This document shows, piece after piece, positions 34,791 through 47,049 of a stretch of 64,000 nucleotides of DNA; position 1 is the stretch's first letter, and each line of letters opens with the position of its first letter. The stretch lies in the NCBI GenBank assembly GCA_047967505.1, contig CM106538.1; one strand, written 5' to 3'. The position numbers were made by a program, and so were the translations under genes. The notes beneath the pieces were generated by a model. That model had not been told where the DNA came from. It saw only the letters and a list, made by a program, of their open reading frames with translations, and did no database searches. The DNA is from Dipteris shenzhenensis (lineage: Eukaryota).

Positions 34791-36974
34791 AGGCTCCATC
34801 GCTCTACATCATCTTCTCCACAAATTATGCAAGCGGTTTCTGGGCAAATGAAGATAGCTGGTATGCATGAATGACTATCGAAGGTATACATTCGGAAACC
34901 ATGGATCTCCCCAACACGACCACATGGCACAAGACAGCATTTCATCCATTTGACTGAGAATGGTTTTGTCCATACACCAGGATACTTCAAAGATTAAGCA
35001 GAGATGGGTCTCCCCAACACAACCACATGGCACTAAGACAGCAGTTCCTCCATTTGACTGAAAAGGATTTTGTCCAAACACTAAGATACTTCTGAAGTGA
35101 TCTCTTGTATGCTGTTTGAATCTCCATGGGCCAGCTCCAAACTTCAGCTCATCGGTTTGAGATCGAGGCATGCCATGAGGTTCCCATTACCCTAAGCGAC
35201 CGAGAACTGATACTATGCCGACTATGTCATTTGTAGGGGTTCGAGACTCAGGACCATGTGTTGATAAGATGGATAGGTATATGGGATCAGGTTCAAGGAA
35301 AAATGATTTCCTTGAACTGATACATTTTTATGTATGTGGTCCTTTGAATGTAGAACCAGTATGAGGGGGGGGAGGTGTAAAACAGGAAGAGAGGAGGTGG
35401 AGGAGGTGAGAAAGAAGGTGGGGGGAGGCAGAACTGAAGGCGGGAGGGGACGCTTGAGCAGAAGCGGAGGAGAGGCGGAGGCGGGCTAAGGGAGTGGGAG
35501 AGGGAGAGGTGAGCAGAGGCGCGGGGACAAACAGCTTAGGCACAGGCAGGAAGAGCCTCTAAAAACCACCCCACCAGTCCCTCTTGTATCTCCATGATAG
35601 AAAGAAAGTAAAACGAAAGAAGGGTGAAGACAAGCCCAAGGAGGAGACTAAGTCAGCAACAATTAGAAGTCTACCGCAATGGAGACAGCAACAGAAGGCA
35701 AAGTGTTTCTACTGTGGCTTTTTCAGCAAATAGTAGAAAGAAGGTAAACCAAAAGAAGGGTGAAGACAAGCCAAGAGAGGAGACTAAGTCAAAAGATCCA
35801 ATCTTCTTCTTGGCAAAAAACTATTCCTCATGATTGAGCACTCTGAGGTTCACTTACTAATCCATAAGAGGAGTGGATTGCATTTAGTAGTGCTTCCAAG
35901 CACATGTCAAGCAGAAAAAGAGCAGTTAGGCATGGAAGCCAACACTCCAAACTCTCAATCCTTTTTTACAACGTTTTGCAGAAATATTATACGCAAAACA
36001 AGGGGCTTCATCCTTCATCCTTGAAAATTCAGTTGATGCTATTGATGAAACACGCACAGACCCCCATACTATTCTGCCCAAGAAAGTCTCACCCCCTATT
36101 GAGTTCTTATCAAAAGATAAAATTCAAGATTTTATGTTTTATCCTTCCATGTTGCCTTACTGTCATGAATCAACACATTGTATACTCTTTTCCTTCCATA
36201 TTTTGCATTGCTGTCATGAAACAACGCATTGGAACTCATGAATATCACAATGACTAGGAAGTAGTGGTTATCAGGTTGAATGTCTTAAAACTCACTATCT
36301 TTCAATGTAGGTTAATATGTTAGTTATTTGGATATTGATAGGTTATTGTACATGTAGAAAGTTTTCTTTGAAAAGCTTGAAAGGTTTTTATGGGGTGTAC
36401 AAATCTTAATATATTAAATAAAATGCTCAACATCTAATGAGATGCCAAGCCAATTCAATAAATTAGATTGTAAATAACATGTTTAAAGCATAAAAAGCAT
36501 TGTTGAGATGGGTGAAATTTTGTATGCTTGTATGTTAATAACAAGTAAAAATTTATAATTTATCATCTTTTTTAGTTTTAGTAATAGATTTGCCAATGAA
36601 GTTACGCTATATTTTTCTTAAGTGTCACCAATCTACCAACCCTAAATATATATCTTGTAAAGGAGAGAAAAATAGGCCTATTCAGGTATACGCTTATTTT
36701 TTACCCGGAGCATATATATATAGTTTGTGTATTGATTGGAATGTCATCAATGTGTCTATATTGATCACTTTGCATAGCTTATATGTAGCCCATCAAAGTT
36801 GTCTTGATTGTAATATTCAATTTTCCTAGCATCTACTAAGGAATTTTGTATACATGGAGCCCATCAAAGTTATATTTTTCAATTTGTGTAGCATTTATAG
36901 TATTTATATTCATATATCTTAACTAGATGTAAGTATATTCTTCATATTTCATTGGTGTTATAACTATGATACAT

Positions 36975-37145
36975 TTGTCTGTGAATGTGTGGATGTGGCC
37001 TCGTACATATCTTTGTGTATGCGCCCACAAACACGAATGCATGCAAACATATGTATGTATGAATATAAATAGCATGTATGTATGGATGTACATACATGCA
37101 CGCATGCATCCATGTATACATACATATATATGGTGCATGCTCGCA
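36975..37145. repeat. Degenerate (ATGT/ATGC)n microsatellite
   Basis: Alternating purine-pyrimidine runs such as atgtatgtatg and catacatgcacgcatgc. Confidence 0.7.
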
Positions 37146-37296
37146 TCTTTCCATATTTTCTTGCTCTCATGAAAAACATATCTTTGTTATAAATAATACA
37201 ATAAATCCCCATGTGTGTTGTTCAGAGTCGAAACCTGATTTTAAAACCAAATCCAAACAGAATCAAACCATCAGATGTAGTGGAGTGAATTTTCAC

Positions 37297-37350
37297 CTGC
37301 TATTTGGATCTTCAAGGCTTTTTTTCACGGGCTCTGGAAGAGTTGCAAGC
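37297..37350 (-). CDS. Host 2OG-Fe(II) oxygenase-like gene, internal exon 2
   Basis: AG/GT bounded; (R)LATLPEPVKKSLEDPNS. Confidence 0.85.
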
Positions 37351-37515
37351 CTTGTGCGAATCACCCATCAGAAAGATTAATGCATCTTTCTTGATACTTG
37401 TTAAGAAAATAGCTTGAAAAAGTCAACTGATACAGTCTAATGTGACCATTTATTGCAAGAAACAAGAAAAACAACTAACACTCAAACCAAAATCAAAGGG
37501 AAATTGGCTGCGTAC

Positions 37516-37565
37516 CTTTCGGCCAGATACAGTAGTTGTCCTCTTAATGCTGCATAACTTGGGAC
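37516..37565 (-). CDS. Host 2OG-Fe(II) oxygenase-like gene, internal exon 1 in window
   Basis: AG/GT bounded; VPSYAALRGQLLYLAE. Confidence 0.82.
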
Positions 37566-37795
37566 CTGCAAGCAATGAAATACTTTACCACGGAACCAAC
37601 AATCATAGTCAAAGTTACCGTGCATTGTGCTCCATCAACCATTAGGGGCATGTGTTTACAATTCTTCATATTATATATAGCATATAATCAACATTCCAAT
37701 GGTTTTGGATGACCAATCCTAAATTTTGAGAAGATTCGACCACAAAGCCTCCAAAGTTGCACTCCAGATCTACACTTGAGCTTCTCCGTTGATTC

Positions 37796-40700
37796 TGTCC
37801 CCAATAGGTATTTCTCCCAAGAAATAAAGAAGAGTCTTTATCAGATTGATTTGTCAAAGAAAACTGACTTTGGCTCACTAGAATAAGTTTTACTACTTTT
37901 ACTTTTGCTTTGCATTAGTGAAAAAGAAATGTGGGGACGCCCACAAGGGACTAGGATTCTGCTAACCTCTAATGCGTTAAAGTGTTGGAACTTGTTTATG
38001 CAATGTGTAGGACCTAAGAAGTGCAAAAAGGACCCAAGAGTGGGGAGAAAAGAACAAAAAGGAGGTCCCACAAGGCCTAAAAGCATGGACAAAGGGGCCC
38101 CTCTTGAAAAGGAGGGCCCATGAGATAAAAAAGGCGCCAAAAGCACCAGATCTAAAAAGAAAGCCTAAAAAGCTTGACTTTTATGTAAAAATAGCCTTTA
38201 GAAAGCAGGCCCTAGCTTTTTGCTAGGCCTAGTCTATAAAAAAAAGGCCACAGACCTCCCAGATTCATTCAAGATTGTACTCAAACTTATGCTCTTTCAT
38301 GAGCCAGTTGTACAAAGATTATTCTATTGCAATAAAGACCTTCGGGGGGGTCCAGCCCTTATTTCTAGGCCCTAGTGTGGTGTCTTGTATTCTCTCTCTC
38401 TCCCAGATCCCTTTCTATTCCTACAATTCACTTCTACTCCTCCTAGGCTGAATTGCGATTCATTCCAGCATCATATCTTCGACTCGCTGACGCGTACAAG
38501 TGCCCGGAAAGAGTGCAGCTGCAGCGATCCAGCTCCCAGCCCTTCTGGAAGATCATCTACTTGCTGCAATTAGGGCTTCCAGCCCTACTTGGTGCCCAGA
38601 GATGCTGCGAATTGACTCCAAAGCACCCAGACCTGCTGCGAATAGGATTCCAAGGAGCCTAGCCCTGCTGCGATTTGGTCTAAGGGTGCCCAGGATCCTC
38701 TACAAGCTATTTCAGGGAGTAGAGCCATATTGCGATTTGTTCTAGAAGCTGTTTTGTGTGTTGCAAACTGCTCAAAAGTGTCATGATAGCAGTGATTTTA
38801 TTGCTCAAGTATTTTCAAGTATCTTAAGGTGATATCAAAGCATAGGATTTCCACTTTCTTTGGTGGAAACGGTCCAAGGCTAGCACGCAACATCAAGTTG
38901 AGGCATACCTGTTTTTGTATCAGTTCCAGTGCTGGAGGGTGAGGCGCACCGACTGTGACATGATTCTTGCTCGAGAAGGTGGGGCGCACCTGTTTGTGAA
39001 CAAATACACATCCAAGAAGGTGCGGCACTCCTGTTTGGAGGCTCGGCACTAGGAGCTGAGCCACATCTTTCAGGAGGCACAAATTTGTCTTGGCCAGACG
39101 TCAGTTCTCTCTCTATCGCCCTATCTCTTGGGGCTATTTCTTCTCTTCTCTATGATGTATCAAGTAGGAAAGACCTTCATCATGTCGTCATCCTTGGCGA
39201 TGTGCTTCCAATCTCTTGCTCAGAATTCTCGTAGTAAAAAGCACTTGCTTTTCACAAAAAGCATATGCTTCTCTTTAAAAAAAGCACCCGATTTTCACAA
39301 AAAGCAACCGCTTTTTGTGCATACGCGGCCTTCTTTTCTCCAAAGCGGCATAAAAGAAGCAATAAAAGAAGCCAAAAAGCAACGAAAAGGAGTTGCTATT
39401 TTGTTTTCTCATCATGGACGCAGCCTCTCAGCCCTCACAAGTACAAGCGCCTAAGCAAGATTGCGAGATGAAGGGGAGAAGGTCCCAGGATGAGGACTCC
39501 TATAACTATTGGCTGAATTGGCAAAAACAAGAGACCACTTCTTAGTTGAAGCTTGTCCTTGAACAAAGTGGCTTTAGAGCTGTTATGGAACATCTAAAGA
39601 TAAGTATTTCTTTCATGTTTATTAAGCTTGCCTTATTTTGATTTAAAGGTCTAACCCTTGTATCCTATTACAAGGAAAGAAGTGTGTTGTTTCCTTGATT
39701 GCTTCAAGAATCAAAAGCCAAGCCCACAAGATTGCTTATACATAGATATGTGGTCCTGAAGTATTCCTTGATGGGACAAGCTAGTTATTCCAAGTTATAT
39801 TTCAGTTTTGGAGGATTCCAAGTTATTGTACACGAGTGAGATACTCTCTATTATGGAACCAGTTTTCTGTGACCTATGTGGTCAAGGCTATGGACTATTT
39901 ATTTGGTCTCATCAAACTTTTGTATACATAGTACCAGGACAAAAGAATCTCAAAGTTATTATATCCAGTTTATGGGTTTGAGCAGCTTATGCCAAAGAGG
40001 AGAAGTGTCAGAGACTACTTCTATATCTTTTATGAAGTGAAGAGTTAGATCCATGACAAATTCAAGATCAGACCCTATTTGAGGGTAGTATGTTCAAAGT
40101 TGGCAAGTTGATAGTTATGCACCTGATTTTATGATCTTCAATTAGGGAATCGAGTTATGATAACTAGTCATGATAATCAATTATGTTCTTATGGAGGATG
40201 AGATGATCAAGTATCCGATCCTTTATGGCGGGATTCCATATTGATCAAGTATTTCAGCTTCAAGCTATATTATCTCACTTCCAGAGGAGTTTCAGTTATG
40301 ATATTCAGTTTTGTTGTTTTACTGTTATGGAGCAAGACATGCTCAAGTACCAGCCCTCAATATGGCAGTATTTTATGGTCATTATTGACCCAATATTTCC
40401 TTCAAGATTCTATTATTGAATAGTTTCCATTAGGATTTGTTTTATACAATAACTCTTATGGGTTTCTCATGGACTATTATGGCCAAAATGGCATAGTTCA
40501 TCTGTCAGTTATATGTTGAGAACCCTCCAAGTTTACGTCTAACCAGCACAATAAGTGTTCGGTAGCAAGAAGACAATTGAGATTTGGGAGCACTTGTGTA
40601 GTGAATGGAATCTATTTCAGAATAGTTCTTTCTAAAGCCATTCCAAGAAGAGGTTCACACTACTTGGAAACAGTATCAGTATATCTACAAATCACTCTGT

Positions 40701-42345
40701 GTGAGAGACGACTCGAGGGGTCTCTCAAGCACTTGTGTAGTGAATGGAATCTATTTCAGAATAGTTCTTTCTAAAGCCATTCCAAGAAGAGGTTCACACT
40801 ACTTGGAAACAGTATCAGTATATCTACAAATCACTCCGTGTGAGAGACGACTCGAGGGGTCTCTCAAGAAAAGAAGTCAAAGAAAGGCTCCGAGAAATGT
40901 ACAAGGCTAAGTATCTCTTTCATGTTGATAAAGTTTGCCTTATGTTTATTTGAAAACCTAACCCTTGTATGGCAATGCAAGGAGAAAAGTGAATTGTTTT
41001 CTTGAATTTGTTTTAGGAAGACACCTCTCATGAATGAGAAGTCAATGAGTATGATATGCCTAAATATATTAGCCATGTGATTTATTGCTTCCTTTTTATT
41101 CAGATTTGCAGCCAAAGAAGCCGAGGGGAATACAGAGCCCTTGGAAGAAGCAATCATTACAAAACTATCTCTAGTCTGTCTTGTGAAAGTCAAAGAAGTA
41201 GTAGTCAACTCCAAGTGAAAGGGGCATGGATTTGGCAATAAAGAAGGACATTCTAAATACCGAATGGAAACTTCTCTAAGTGTATCTACAGACGTTATGT
41301 TGCTTCTTAGAAACAGAGATGTCAAGAGCTTTGTCACTAAGGAATTTGGACCAAGAATATTGATATGATCGAGAATGGCACCAGATCGAAAGGACTCGGG
41401 TGGGTTGATCATAGCAAGAGGATTATTGCATAGCAATGGCATGAAAAATGCCTAGATGGAAATAATCAACCCCAGAATCAAAAAGAAGGGCCTACGTCTG
41501 CCCAACGCTCTTAAAGAGCAAGAAACACCAACAAAAAGAAGGGCCTATGGCTGCCCAATGCTCTTAACGAGCAGGAAATGCCAAAGAAAAGCAAGAATCT
41601 CCATACGAAAAGCAAGTGTTTTAGATGCAAAAAGAGGGGCGTGTGGCTGCCTAGTGCCCTGTAAGGCCAGTCGACCAAAAGGAGCAGATAATGCCACAAG
41701 ACTGATCTAAGTCAATGATCGGAAGTTACCAGATTCCAAGATCCAGTTTAGGTGGAAGAGATGGAGGAGACCCTCCAACAAAAATAGACTGTGTACCGCA
41801 CAAAGAAGAAAAGTAGCTAGAGGCAAGTTTATCTACGGGTATCTTGCCAAGTACCAGAGCTATTAGGCAATTGATGCCAAGAGAGGAGGTATCCCCAAGT
41901 TTTACAGCTGTAACAAGAAGCTTTTCAGTTGAGGACGACTGATTAGAAGCCGGGGATATGTCACCAATTGGTATTTCTTCCAAGAAATAAAGAAGAGTCT
42001 TTATCAGATTGACTATGGTCACAGAAAATTGACTTTGGTTCACTAGAATAAGTTTTACTACTTATACTTTTCCTTTGCATTGGTAAAAAAGAAATGTGGG
42101 GACGCCCACAAGGGACTAGGATTAGTCCAAGAACTAGGAATGCATACATTTCGCTAACCTCTAATGGGTTAAAGTGTTGGAACTTGTTTGTGCAATGTGT
42201 AGGACCTAAGAAGTGCAAAAAGGACCCAAGAGTTGGGAGAAAAGCACAAAAAGGAGGTCCCACAAGGCCTAAAAGCATGGACAAAGGGGAGCCTCTTTAA
42301 AAGGAGGGCCCATGAGATAAAAATGGCATCAAAAGCACCAGATTT
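37796..42345 (+). mobile_element. Old non-coding LTR-like element with diverged direct repeats (37796-about 38150; 41959-about 42345)
   Basis: Both repeats begin TGTC(C/A)CCAAT; purine-rich tract before the second; no long ORF; 38330-38380 is an inverted homologue of 75-130. Confidence 0.55.
40589..40868. repeat. Near-perfect tandem duplication, 139-bp period
   Basis: agcacttgtgtagtgaatgg...gaggggtctctcaag occurs twice with about one mismatch. Confidence 0.9.
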
Positions 42346-42759
42346 CTTGAGGTTTGGATTCACTGCTGCACCATTCCGCGGTCGCGTTTCGTCCACTTTC
42401 CATCGCCCGTCGCTGCAGGCCTTTCTCCTATGGCAGCATACACCTCCCACAGTGGATGCATCCACGAGTGTTACAAGTGTTCCTACTACCACTCAGCCCG
42501 CTCTCCTACATCTCAGGCTCAATTCCTTGCGGCATCCTCCTCCATACTCCAGGGTGCATCTCTACAGTTGGGACAGCAGATCGGTCAGCAAATCTCTTAG
42601 CAAATTGGCCAGGTTGTTGCACATGCATTACCAAACAAAGGCAAGCAGCCTATACCCCAACATGGGGACCAGTGGGACTGCCAGGATGCATTCTCCACCC
42701 CACACAGTGGTTTTATAGCAGATCCTTGACACCAATCAGAATTTCAGCCCAGTGGAATC

Positions 42760-42995
42760 CTTTTGATTACGATCTACAATCTGTTGTACCCCATCGCATT
42801 GGATGTATTGTATCAAGTATTTTCCCCTGTTGGGCTTATTAAGAAGATGGATATGCATCAAATTTCAGGTGGTCTCCAAGCTCAAATACACTTTACCTCA
42901 CAGGCTAGTGCACTGCAAGCACGAAACAACTTGCAAGGTCGGGATATCTATGAAGGTTGTTGTACCTTACATAAGCAGCTCTTAGATCTGACTAG
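42760..42995 (+). pseudogene. Captured polypyrimidine tract-binding protein (PTB/hnRNP-L family) RRM fragment
   Basis: ITIYNLLYPIALDVLYQVFSPVG...SGGLQAQIHF...ARNNLQGRDIYEGCCTL matches the PTB RRM2 pattern. Confidence 0.8.
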
Positions 42996-44363
42996 AGTTA
43001 TGACAAAGGCTAAGCAAGCCTATAGAAATAGACACCCAACATCTAAGGAGATTGCACTTATGCCAATGGGGCTAGTGCAGCCAATGCAGCTCAGCCATGC
43101 TACGCGTCTCCCTAGTACGCAGCCAAATCATGCTTCAAAGCCATGGAAGATGCCTCCATATGCAGGACAAAAATCTGGTTGTTCCCAGGTGATTGCTGCT
43201 GCAAATACAGAAGAAGGGTTTTGTGGGGATAGCTGTTCAAAAAAAAAACAACAGCCCACATGATGGAAACAAATATGGACAGCAACAAAAAGAAGGCCGT
43301 AATATCAGTTTGCAGAAGCAATACATTGCTCCAGATGATGCCCTGAAAGTTCAGCCTACTAATGGAAGAGATGCCTATATGTTATGTGATGGAACAAGCC
43401 TACATAACTGTGACAATGAAACAGGCCTAATGGATGAAAAGATAGATGATGAGCTAATATATGATAGATATCAAGATGGAGATGTTGGCCAGCAAGGTAA
43501 GAACTTGGACACGCTTACACTTGATACTTTTAGGCATGCAAACTTTGAGGGGACAGTTTTCGAGGTGGAGGTCTCTGTAAAGGAAGAAAACATCGAAGAC
43601 CACACAGATGGATGTCAAACTAAACTCACACAGAGCATCACAGTGGAGAGCAGAAGGAAGATGGCTGTTATGACTGTTTTGAAAATGGGCATAATAATAT
43701 TGATGGCAACTAAGCAGCCCTTGCACAACCACATTGCTTACTGTCCCCAGCAGCACATTAGTGCAAGGCAGCAAGGTAATGCAGATATGCAACCTGATGG
43801 AAGAGATGCACATGGAAGTGCTATTGCAGGAGACCAACGTAAGCCTATAGTTGGGGATGAGGCAAACTTGCCAAAACAAAAGTTGAGGATCATGAAGAAC
43901 AAAGGCAACCAACATCTTTCCAAGGGTGAGGATGGGGATCTCATAGGGCATGATAATGCTATATCCATGTCAATAGAGCACCAAGGTACACTAATGCATG
44001 GGGATTTTACTGGAACCCCACACAAGGTGCATAAGCTACCATGTGGGATATATGGCAAAGCAATCAATGCTTCCCATGTGGAAAGAAGTGGACAGCAAAG
44101 CACAATGGGGTGTGCAGAACAGAACCATGAGAACATGCAGAACTTGTGTTATTATGGAGCTTTGTGATCATGAGTATGCAAGAATGGATTGCCACCCACG
44201 TGACCCCGGAGATGCTACAACATCCAAGGCAAAGGAGTATATTGCATTTCCTTTTGACCCTGGTGGCATGCATGATAAAGTATATCCTTTTTATAAAAGG
44301 GGGCCTTGGTTCTAACCATCACCTGCAAATTTGAGGACAATTTTATTTTTGAGGAGGGATGGC

Positions 44364-44551
44364 TGTAATGAAGGGGAAAAGGGGGTTAACTTAGGGGTGC
44401 TTTAGTGAGGGTTAGAGGGGGGACTATATAAGTCCAAGCCCTCCACTCTGTAACACTTTTGATGTGACATCTAAACCTATCTACTCTCCCTCCTTCCTCC
44501 TCCTTGCAGCCTACACTCTCTCTCCCCCAATCTCTCTCTCTCTTTTTCCTA

Positions 44552-44597
<46 letters not shown>

Positions 44598-44709
44598 CAG
44601 AGCTGATAAATACAAGAGGTTTATATGGCTGAAACTTGAATTTGGTGACTGCCTCTATATACCTCACCATGAATCCCCTTTCTATGCCCGGATCCTTCTG
44701 CACCTATCA
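44364..44709 (+). repeat. Probable 3' LTR of the PTB-carrying remnant
   Basis: TG...CA segment after purine tract gaggagggatgg; contains TATATAAG and (CT)n; partner LTR not found. Confidence 0.5.
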
Positions 44710-46880
44710 ACACCAAGCAAACTGAAAGATGGATCCCCAAGGTCCCAGCTACTCCTGAAAAAATCCTTCTCCAGAAGGAAGATCCTGCCAAACCCTTACT
44801 CTCTCTTGACAAAGGCAAAGGGAAGCTAGATGACTCTCTAGCACTTAACAATGCATTTGATTCCCTGGCAGAGAGTGAAACTGAAGAGTGGATAAAGAAA
44901 AATCAGAATATGGATCTGGATTCTCATATAGAGTCAGGCTGTTCAAAGGATTTTGAAGAGGACTTCAATAGAGAGGATGAGATGACCAGTGAGGAAGACC
45001 TAGAAGTTGATCAAGACATGGTCACAGCTATGGAAAAGGATATTGTGGATCAAGGCAAGATTTTTACTCAGGTGCAAAGCAAGAGAAAGCTCTCTCAAGA
45101 AAAAAGTGCTTCCCCCCAAATCAACAGTCCCAATCCCAGGGCCAGAAAGGGAACCAAAAAGAATGTCAAGTAAACCAATAGCCATCCTCTCCCTCAATGT
45201 CAGAGGACTCACTGACCCTGGCAGAGGAGAAGAGTTAGCTTATTGGCTGAGAACCAACAATCTTTCCCCTACTTTCCTTACTTTACAAGAAGTTAAAATC
45301 TCTGGACCCTCTCTTGAGAAGAGACTTATAGCTATTGACAAGAGAAGGAAATGGTTCTTCACTCAGTATGAGGAGGGAAAGGGTGGAATAGCAATTGGGA
45401 TACTCTCTAGCTATTCTCATGGAATACTAGGTGTTGAACTGGATACATAGAACAGATGGATTATGCTCAAATGCACTCTACAGGGTCAGTCTTTCACTGT
45501 GGTTTCTTTATATGCCCCTAACAGTACACAGGAAAGAATGGTGAGTTAGGAATCACTACTGCTTGCGGAAATAAATGTTTTGTGGTGGGAGATTTTAACA
45601 TGGTGGAAAGCTCCAATGATAGATGGATGGGTAAAGGAACAGTAATCAGAGGCAGGGAACTGACGCTTTGGGAGGATCTAAAAGAAGACCTAAGTCTGGT
45701 GGACATGGGGATGAGAGGTACTTTCACTTGGTCCAATAGCCAAGTTGGAGCCAACAGTAGAGAGGCTAGATTGGATAGGATCTATGCTTCTCAAGAACTA
45801 GTAAGGCAGACTAGCTCTCTTCAGACTCAGGTCTTCTCCTCTCTTTTTCTTTCTGATCACAAGCCAATCCTTCTCAAATGCGACTTTGGCCCAGGTCAAA
45901 AAACCACATCATGGTTTAAGGCTGATCCTACATTCTTTGATCTTAGTAGTGTCCAAGAAGGTGTTAAAGCAATTTGGCTGATGGCCTTCACTGATTCTAT
46001 CTGTGACTCCTGGTGAACAGCAGTTGAACAGATTCAAAGATGGCTCAGAAAAGCTAGAAGGGACAAATCCAAAATAAGGGCTAAGAGAATGGACAGCATT
46101 CAGGACATGATTGTTTCCTTAAAGACCTTAGCCAGACAGAGGGATCCACAGGCCCAGGCTGACTTGGTTTTCAAAGAAATGAATTTAGAATTCAAGACAG
46201 ATTCTTCTGAATGATTCCAAAATATACTTCACGGATTGGTGGGCTGGTAAAACTGAGAGACCTACCAAAGAGTACTTCAAGGAAAAGGTCTAATGAAGAG
46301 ATTCCCCTTCTTAGAAAAGCTGACAACTCTTTTGCTCTATCTACTGAGGAGAATATTGATCTCATTCATCTCCACTTTCAGAATCTACTTTCTTCCACTA
46401 TACGAGTAGACACTGAAGTGATCAAGGCCAGGGAACTATGCAAGGATGCTAGAAAGAACATTGTACTCAACTTTGATAACAAGTACCTGGAAAAACCTCT
46501 GTCTATTGATGAACTCTTTGAGGATGTCAAGGTGATGGCAGATGGCAAAACACCAGGAGAGGATGGACTGCCAATTGAATTCTACAAAAAATTATGGCCC
46601 ATTGTTGGTCCCTATCTCCTACTGTTATGGCAAGAGAGTGTCAATAATGGGAATCGGCCTACTCATATTAATGGGGGTGTTATTAAACTTATTCCTAAGG
46701 AAGGGGATAAGGATGAGCTAAGAAACTGGAGGCCTCTCACTATGCTTAACTGCAGCTATAAAATTTTTGCTAAAGCACTGGCTCTGAGAGTTAAGAATAG
46801 AATGGCCAAGTGGATACTTCTAGAACAGAAAGGCTTCATAAAGGGCAGACATCTTCTTGAAGCCATCATCAATAATCATA
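44710..46880 (+). mobile_element. Decayed L1-type LINE of a different family (ORF1 end, EN, RT N-terminus)
   Basis: SLNVRGL, LQEVK, VGDFN, RLDRIY, SDHKPI, KTPGEDGLPIEFY, NWRPLTMLN across broken frames. Confidence 0.85.
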
Positions 46881-47049
46881 TAATAGACTTGAATGGGACT
46901 TCATCATAACAAATATAATACAAACATTGATCCTTTAAAGGAAAATGCCCACTGACCGTTCCGAGGTCATGTGGGTGTAGCTCCGAGGAGTCCAGCTCAG
47001 AAAGTGAGGTGGAAGGAGTGGCCTTTGGTCTTTGTCTTGGTAACACCCG

